A stretch of 58,564 nucleotides of DNA, counting the filler, from Dugesia japonica (lineage: Eukaryota), in the NCBI GenBank assembly GCA_001938525.1. It is 3 parts of 3 records of this genome, joined end to end, with 100 filler letters (N's around TTAATTAATTAA, not from the genome) between each part and the next. Parts side by side here need not be neighbours in the genome. Positions count along the whole stretch, not along the records: positions 44,459 to 58,564 come from MQRL01497994.1; 2 more parts are not named here. One strand, 5' to 3'. The notes beneath the pieces are model-generated. The model had not been told where the DNA came from and did not search any database. It was given only the letters and a program-made list of their open reading frames with translations. The position numbers and the translations under genes were made by a program. Below are positions 51,656 through 58,564 of this stretch, in pieces (within the stretch, counting starts at the first letter, position 1; each line of letters starts with the position of its first letter).

Positions 51656-52466
51656 TGTTGGGTATTACAACTCAACAAAAGATTTTATGGTTCGTATTTA
51701 CTATTGATAACAATAAAAATATAGTTGAGATTTTATGGGTGTTGAAATTTTATCTCTGTATGTATGTTTGTACTATATTATATAAGCAATATATGACAAT
51801 ATAAATAAAGTGATATATTGTGTTACCTTATACAAATAAATAAAATAATTCCCTTTATAAATACCTTTTACTATTTTTGGTATATAACAGATAGGTGTAC
51901 ACTAGTTCTAAAATCAAACTTATCAGGCTAAATTTAATTATATGAAGTACTGCTTCCCTGAGAGGTTGGAGCCTTTAATAATTGAATGTCTGATTTACAA
52001 TGAAACTAATCAGTATTTATACTGATTTTACACTGGTAGGTTTCATACACCTACACTTAAATTTTCAAAAAATAACTTTACATTTCTAATAAAAATTTCA
52101 TTCATTAAAACAATTTTCATAAAATAATTTCTAAAAATAAAAATTTTTATATGAAATTAAAACTTTACAATAAAACAAATTCAATGAATTATAAAATAAA
52201 ATAAATAAATGTTCAATTCCGATAAATAAAAACAATGTTAAATATATCGATTATTCAAGTCAAATTAAATGTTGGATCAAATCAATAATTGTGGATTTCA
52301 TGGGTCGAATCTGCTTGAGGATTTGAATTTGAATTTGTTGATCGAAGACTTGATTCTTGATGTCTGATACAGGTTGTGTTTGTATGTATGTTATGTGTGT
52401 TCTGCATGCTGTGTGAGATGTGTGCTTTGCATGCTTGTGTTCTGCATGCTGTGTGTAAACTCAACA
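51656..52466 (-). mobile_element. Solo-LTR-like insertion (811 bp) in the Gypsy RNase H domain
   Basis: TGTTG...CAACA ends and CTAG duplicated at 51652-51655 and 52467-52470; removing it restores TDASFSGIGAVL. Strand inferred from similarity to 47832-48715. Confidence 0.88.
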
Positions 52467-53997
52467 CTAGCTTTAGTGGGATCGGTGCAGTATTGAACCA
52501 AATTCAAAACGGTCGTGAAGTGGTAATTCATACAGCTCAAGACTGATAAATGCTCATGAAAAAGGTTATTGCGTGACACGTAAAGAATTGCTGGCGTTAT
52601 ATGAATTTATCAGACATTTTCGTTATTATTTATTTTGTAGCACGAACTGATCACAAGGCATTGAATTTATTAAGCTGTCACATAAACCAATTATGCCACA
52701 ATTTGAAACCTGGATAACCGAATTAGCAGCATATGATTTTGAGCTTAAATATAGGAAAGTCAAAAGTAAAGTATTTGAGTGTTTTAGATGATTCCGTAGG
52801 CAATGTGGATAGTTATATTAACTGATTTAAGAGCAATGAATTGTTTATTAAAGTGAGAAAATACCTCTTTGGAGAAGACAAAGAGATTATCAAAGATCTG
52901 AACTAATCAATTTACAGAAAGTAGTTGAATCATTTAAATGTAGAAGACGATTTAATAAGCATTGAACGTGATGGGGTTCGTAAGATTGCAGTACCATCAA
53001 ATGAAATCAACGACTTTGTTAATAAAGTAAACAAAGATTTATGTCATGTTAGAATGAAGAAAACTATAAAATATGTATCAGATTATTTCTTCTGGCCAAA
53101 TATGATAAGATATATTCAAAATATAATACGACAATGTCAATTTTGCATGCACAGAAAAATAAGTAATGAAAAGGTTCAAGANAAATTTATTCCGCTTGAA
53201 GTAAGTAATCCTTTGGAACAAATCGTGATGATTATAGCATATATGGATATTGGTCGATCAAATAAAAGATATATGATTGTTATCATCGATCAATTTAGTA
53301 AAATGATTAGTCTTACTGCAACAAATAATCAAAATGAAACCGCTGTAAGAGCACTCTACTAAATCATTAGATTTATAAATTTGGAAAACCACAGAAAATT
53401 GTGTCAGACCGTGGTAAATTATTTGAAGGGAAATTATTACAAAATCTAGTTAGTAAGCTTAAAATTTCATGGATCTTTACTTCTCCAAATGAACATGAAT
53501 CTAATGGATTGGTTCAACGACCAATCAGAACAGTTCGAAAAATAGTAGTGACTTCAATGAAAGCAGGAGAGGAGAAAAAATCTTGGGATGAGATTCTTCA
53601 TAGGGTAGAGTTTGTATTCAATTGTACTGTATCAAAGTCAACGAGATTCTCGCCAATGGAAATCATTTAAAGGAAGAAGATACATTTTCACACAAATAAG
53701 GAACACAACTTTGGAGAGAATGAAATTATAAATAAAGCTTACGATAATATTAAACGAGCATCGCAGACAATGATAAGTCAAGAAAAAACCGTGTTATTCG
53801 CGAATTCAAAGTAAGTGAAGGCGTGTTAGTTAGAAAAAACACTCAGAAACGGAAGAAGAATGATTTACTCTATGAATGTCCATATAAAATAACTGAATTT
53901 TTAACACCTCACCCAGTTCGGTTAGAAACTCTACAAGGTTCCAGATTTAAAAGGATCGAATGGTTAAAGAGATGCTGATTCTAGAAAGAGGAAGAGA

Positions 53998-54109
53998 AGT
54001 TGAATATTTAAAAACTGAATATTTGTTTAAATATTTTTTTTTAAGATTCAGTTATATTTTGAACTTATTAAGTAAATTTGTTCTGAAAATTAAGACTTTT
54101 GATTTAACT
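53998..54109 (+). repeat. 3' LTR (112 bp)
   Basis: Follows the polypurine tract; followed by ATCTT. Confidence 0.92.
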
Positions 54110-54689
54110 ATCTTTCTAAAAAATTTAAATAGAGAAATTTCGCTAAATCCCTAAAATCTTACGGCCTTTAATCAATTGTAATTTTTATCAAATAATTTTT
54201 GTATATTTATTGATCTAATAAAGTTTTGAAACTTAAACGTGTTATCTTAATTATTTATCATTATTATTATATTACATTACTATATCTAAAACCACCTTCA
54301 CGCATATTAATAGTTAAATTTGGAGTCAGCAAATTAAATTGTTATTTCTTAACGACGAGATTTAACATAACTGTGATTATAAGTGTTTTATGTATAAGTG
54401 TAATATTTATAATAATGTAAATGTGTTTCTTCTAAATAAAAATTTTAGACGTATCAAGCCTTTCATACTCAGAGCACATTGCAATGTACAATAACTTGAA
54501 CGTTGGTTTTGAAGGTTATTTTTTGTTTTATTATTGGGATCTTTGGCACATCTTAGCGAACACATTATTTCTACATCTGCTGACATTAACAGCATTCTAT
54601 AAAATATTTTTTTCATACAAAGACAAAAGTCAGGTCTGAAAGGGTTCATTAAATTTTCTATAAAAAAAATTCGTTACCATTTTTTAAAT

Positions 54690-54722
54690 CGCCTCCATGA
54701 AAAATTCCTGGATCCGTCACTG
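54690..54722 (-). repeat. Isolated hAT-type MITE terminus
   Basis: Reverse complement cagtgacggatccaggaatttttcatgg matches the left end of the MITE at 56990 and the partial copy at about 57104. Confidence 0.7.
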
Positions 54723-56031
54723 TAAAGGTAATGTGATAAAAACTAATAACTATGAAAAGAGTCTAACATTATAATATGTCTTTATATAATTCGGTGTTAT
54801 AAAAATATTTTATATGGCACTTTCATTTGAATAAAGCTTTTACAGATATTAAAAAATTTATGAAACTCTGGCGTATTTCTTTTTAGTTTATTTAAATTTT
54901 TTTTATAAATTTAAAATTTTAATATGGAAATAAATTTTTTGATTTTTTATTTACAGAGTCTAGGTTTATATTCGAAATTTTTAACGAATTGAAATTTATA
55001 AATATCCACTTTCTCATTTAAATGTCTTAAAGTCTCAAATTCCATTTTATTTTTAATTGTATTATTAGGTAAACTTTTACTTAAGCCAAATTATAAATTC
55101 CATTAAAGTTTTAAGAAATAAACATTACAAAGTGCTTTTGTTTAAATTCTTTGAAAATTTTTTGATTATAAATCATATGTTAAATTTTATTTTAAATTTT
55201 TGAAATTTATATAATATTTCATTTTAAATATTTACTAATTTCGTTTTTAGAAAATAATGTCATGCTTGCACTTAAATTATTTTTTCGAAAATCAAACAAA
55301 TAAATTGGCAGTGAAAAGATTAATAAGTGCAGTAGTGTTTCCTCTTTCTGAACAAGAATTCAAGTTAAAAGTAACTTTCTATTTCAATATTTTTCAAAAT
55401 AATATTATTTTAAAATCTAATTAAGGCTTCATTTATTTGTAAAAAATGTGCATATCATAAATCATGTTTGTCAGATTCAATGGTTTGTGCTCATTGCATT
55501 TTTTCAGCTTGTCGCAAAAACGGACATATTAAAGAGCATTATATTGAAAAAGGCCATCAAATATGTAATTATTATTATTTTTTTCTGTAAAATCAAATCA
55601 TTTTTACAAATTATTTCTTTAAAAATTTATTTTTTCATAAGGATCAATTTAGAATAATAACTTTTAAATAGATTAATTCAACTAAATTATTTTTCAATGA
55701 ATAATTTTATTTTAAAATTGTTATTTAATGTTAATTTAATATTTGATTGATAGATAATCAAAGATAGTAGTGACTAATTTACTGCTCCGATTATCATGTG
55801 ATTCCATTGATGAATTCTAGAATCATTTTTTTATTCTATTATTTTCAATGGATAAAAATTTTCGAGTTCAGATTGTTGCTATTTTAGTAGTTTTAATTAT
55901 AACCAATCGAATTTCAACTGTATTGTGATTGGCTATTTCTCATTATTTTCAATTATTTTATGTGACTCATTTCTATTAAGCCTACTAATATTTGTTTTTC
56001 AAATTATTAAAAGAAAATTCTATATTTTTCA

Positions 56032-56800
56032 AAGACTGATTCACAAAGTGGATGCTATTACCCCCTCATTTAACAAGATTAAAAATATTAACCGCCTTTG
56101 AACGGTTATTCAAATGTATATAAGATTAATAGGGGCAGGTAACCGCTCGGGGTCCCAAAACCTATTTATAAAAATCAAAAAACTTTAATAAATAGAAAGA
56201 AAAGTTTGATTTGCTCTTGATATCGACTTTTTACTAATTAAACGGTATTATCCAATCAGTTAAGTTTCGATTGAAATGGCATAAATCCACAAAATATCCA
56301 ATTGTTTTGTGTATTTCTGAAAAAATAGTTATCTAAATCAGTATCGGGCAGTCGTTTTCAGATCGTGGTGCACCCAATAAGAAACTGATAATTTCGTAAA
56401 CGTGAAAGAAATTAATGTTCGATCCATCACAGGTAAAATAACAACTCGTTTTTGATCAATCCGAACGTTGAGATTGTTTTTCAGCGCAAATAAGATTGAT
56501 GCGAAGCTCAATATTTGAAATACAAACACGCAGTTCCTCGTCGACCAATTGAAGTCTCTCGCGCTTCTTTGACTTCATTTCTGTGAGTGCGGAAAATCCA
56601 TACTCGCAAAGATAAGAACTTCCTAATTGTAACAAAAATTCTGTTGCTTTGCTGCTTAATAAAGGAAATTTACTGTTTAAAAATGTCCAAAACTCCGAAA
56701 ACTCTTTTTCAGTGAAGATTCTTTTAAAAACTTGATCGTTCCTTAAATCATTCAAGTTTTCTACACTCTCAGCTTCAGAATCCTCAACTCATTCCAGTTC
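56032..56800 (-). mobile_element. hAT Buster/Charlie-type transposase 3' remnant
   Basis: ORF 56456-56755 FPLLSSKATEFLL..SSYLCEYGFSAL..KSKKRERL..ELRVCISNI..ICAEKQSQ; TIR-like gactgattcacaaagtgg near 56033. Confidence 0.85.
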
Positions 56801-56989
56801 TGTCATGTCGCGAGAGATTCGGAAAATACTTGATAAACGAAAGTTCAAAAACGCTAGAAACTTTAAATAATTTCAAACGTTCTTGCGAAGCATAGGTCGC
56901 TTGATAAAGAATTCCGCAGTTATTTATATATACCTAAAAACAGCACGTGCTTTTGTGGTGCTTTCCAAAATATATTTATAGCGGAGATA

Positions 56990-57053
56990 CAGCGACGGAT
57001 CCAGGAATTTTTCACGGGGGGGGGGGCGATCGCCCCCTGTGGATCCGTCCCTG
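56990..57053. mobile_element. 64-bp hAT-type MITE with an 8-bp TSD
   Basis: TIRs cagcgacggatcca / tggatccgtccctg (13 of 14 match); cggagata at 56982-56989 and 57054-57061. Confidence 0.88.
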
Positions 57054-57339
57054 CGGAGATATGGACTTAAGAAATAAAATAGTTAATAAGTTAACCTCTT
57101 ACTCAGCGACGGATTCTAAAATTTTTCATGGGGGCCGATATAAAAATAATTACGTCATTTATTATATAATCGATCGGGAATTAAAATTTTAGTTTAAATA
57201 AAGTGAAATTAATGATTTTTTGTTTACATTTACTAAAATTAATTGTTAATTAATTTTCACGGAAATCCAGTAGAAAAGTCCATGATATGCTTAAATGTTT
57301 AATTTTTTAAAAATAAAATTAAATATTCTCAAAGTGAAG

Positions 57340-57580
57340 AAATTTAACTAAGGCTTCGGCCAAACTTGTTTTTTTAATTTTTATTAGTGTTAAAAATTTC
57401 AAAAATCTAATTTTCTTCGACCCAATTTTTCGATTTTATCTTCTTCAGGAGTTGTGTTTGAATAAATCAATCACAACTCTCGATGAAGATAAACTCGAAC
57501 ATTTGAGAAAGTAAGTTAAATTTTTTACCTTCATTGAAATTTTTAAAAAAACATTTTTGTGATCTAAGCCTCAGTTTATT
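57340..57580. repeat. Imperfect palindrome whose arms carry hammerhead-like cores
   Basis: ttcgattttatcttcttcaggagttgtg mirrors cacaactctcgatgaagataaactcgaa; outer aactaaggctt mirrors aagcctcagtt. Confidence 0.65.
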
Positions 57581-58109
57581 TTCTTAATTTTGAAAATATT
57601 TAATATCATCATTCAGAGATCAATGGTTAAAAATTTTAAAAAAGTGAACTTTCACAATAAACAAATTTTTTTTTACAAATAATTCGAAAATTCATCAGAA
57701 TCTAGGTGAACAGTTCAAGTTTTTCAAAAATAACTTTTATGCTCAGATTTCAAATACTTTTATACCAATCTGTCAAGAATTCAGTTTTTTCAATATTTTA
57801 CATAGATTTTTCGAAAAATAAAAAGTATTTCAAATTTTATCATCAACCCGTCTCATCTATTCAATAGAGAATTTTACTATGAGTAAGAATAACACAGGTA
57901 AAAATCGCCAAAACATATTCTCGGGGAAATAAATGAAAATAACAATAAAAAACAAACGAGTACAATTTCTATATAAGGTTAATTTTTAATATAAGATTTA
58001 TTTAATTTATCATTTTTAGTGTTTTATATAGTTTACAGTATATATAGAATATCCTAAATTACTAAACCAAAATTTCAAATCGAATTTCTAAACCACTTTG
58101 TAATCCGGG

Positions 58110-58141
58110 GATGTGGTTTAGTGCGCCACTATCTATCTACT
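58110..58141 (-). repeat. Third copy of the AGTAGATAGATAGTGGCGCAC terminus
   Basis: agtgcgccactatctatctact differs by one base from 22909-22929. Confidence 0.6.
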
Positions 58142-58217
58142 TTAGTTTTAATCTACAATCATTTTGAACTTATTATTATTTCTTCTTTACTTTCTCATAA
58201 TACCATCTTAATATTCA

Positions 58218-58345
58218 CGGAGATAATCGCTCCTTATCATTATATCATTTTTTCGAAATCCGGTTATGGGGGGGGGCGATCGCCCCCTCTTGTGGATCCG
58301 TCCTTGCGGAGATATGAACTTGATAAATAAATAGTTAATAAGTAA
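58218..58345. repeat. Second copy of the MITE together with its TSD and right flank
   Basis: cggagata at 58218-58225 and 58307-58314, right TIR tggatccgtccttg and downstream aaatagttaataagt as at 57040-57091; left TIR replaced. Confidence 0.7.
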
Positions 58346-58564
58346 TTTTATTGTTATCTACATATATTATAGGTTTAATATTTATGTTGAATGCTATATG
58401 CCATTACCATANAGTATATGGTGATGGTTACATGTAACTGTTACCTATATAAGTGTAATATATTTTTTGGAATGTAAACGTGTGTTTCATGTACATAAAC
58501 ATTTACCATGCAATTAATGGAATTTCCTACTAAAATAAAAATATTGTTGCATGTTTTTTCTACT

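Larger units (their letters stand above)
48984..54109 (+). mobile_element. Structurally complete, coding-degenerate Ty3/Gypsy LTR retrotransposon
   Basis: LTRs at 48984-49096 and 53998-54109, TSD ATCTT, PBS tggcgatccagccc, PPT agaaagaggaagaga; gag knuckle CFCCDLMGHIGNNC, RT (KTAFST, YIDD), RNase H (TDAS, ELLA), integrase (H..C..C, IDQFSK, SDRG, SNGLVQR) in RT-RH-INT order. Confidence 0.95.

Overview
Very AT-rich, transposon-dense animal DNA. The soluble EGF-plus-tyrosinase gene and the 39-52 bp introns suggest a flatworm, but this is inference. Two identical 100-bp linkers (44 N + TTAATTAATTAA + 44 N, at 14120-14219 and 44359-44458) indicate three joined contigs, so adjacency across them is probably not biological. 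Host genes: a complete 3-exon tyrosinase (41166-42637 +), a convergent RUVBL1 truncated at a linker (42843-44358 -), and one unidentified first exon. Most of the rest is nested, decayed mobile DNA. The highlight is a TIR- and TSD-bounded 9.35-kb Polinton/Maverick (17599-26945) with pPolB, packaging ATPase, rve integrase and a virion-core-like ORF but no recognisable capsid or protease gene. It sits inside the gag zinc knuckle of a Ty3/Gypsy element, and an uninterrupted paralog of that Gypsy (48984-54109, 112-113 bp LTRs, 5-bp TSD) shows the empty site. Also present: a second Polinton lineage's structural module (capsid and adenain protease), termini of a probable third Polinton-like family, a Penelope-like element ending in a minimal hammerhead-like motif, further hammerhead-like motifs, mariner/hAT/MULE remnants, solo LTRs, a 64-bp MITE and an unclassified, apparently spliced repeat family. 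All family assignments come from motif recognition by eye; no database search was run.
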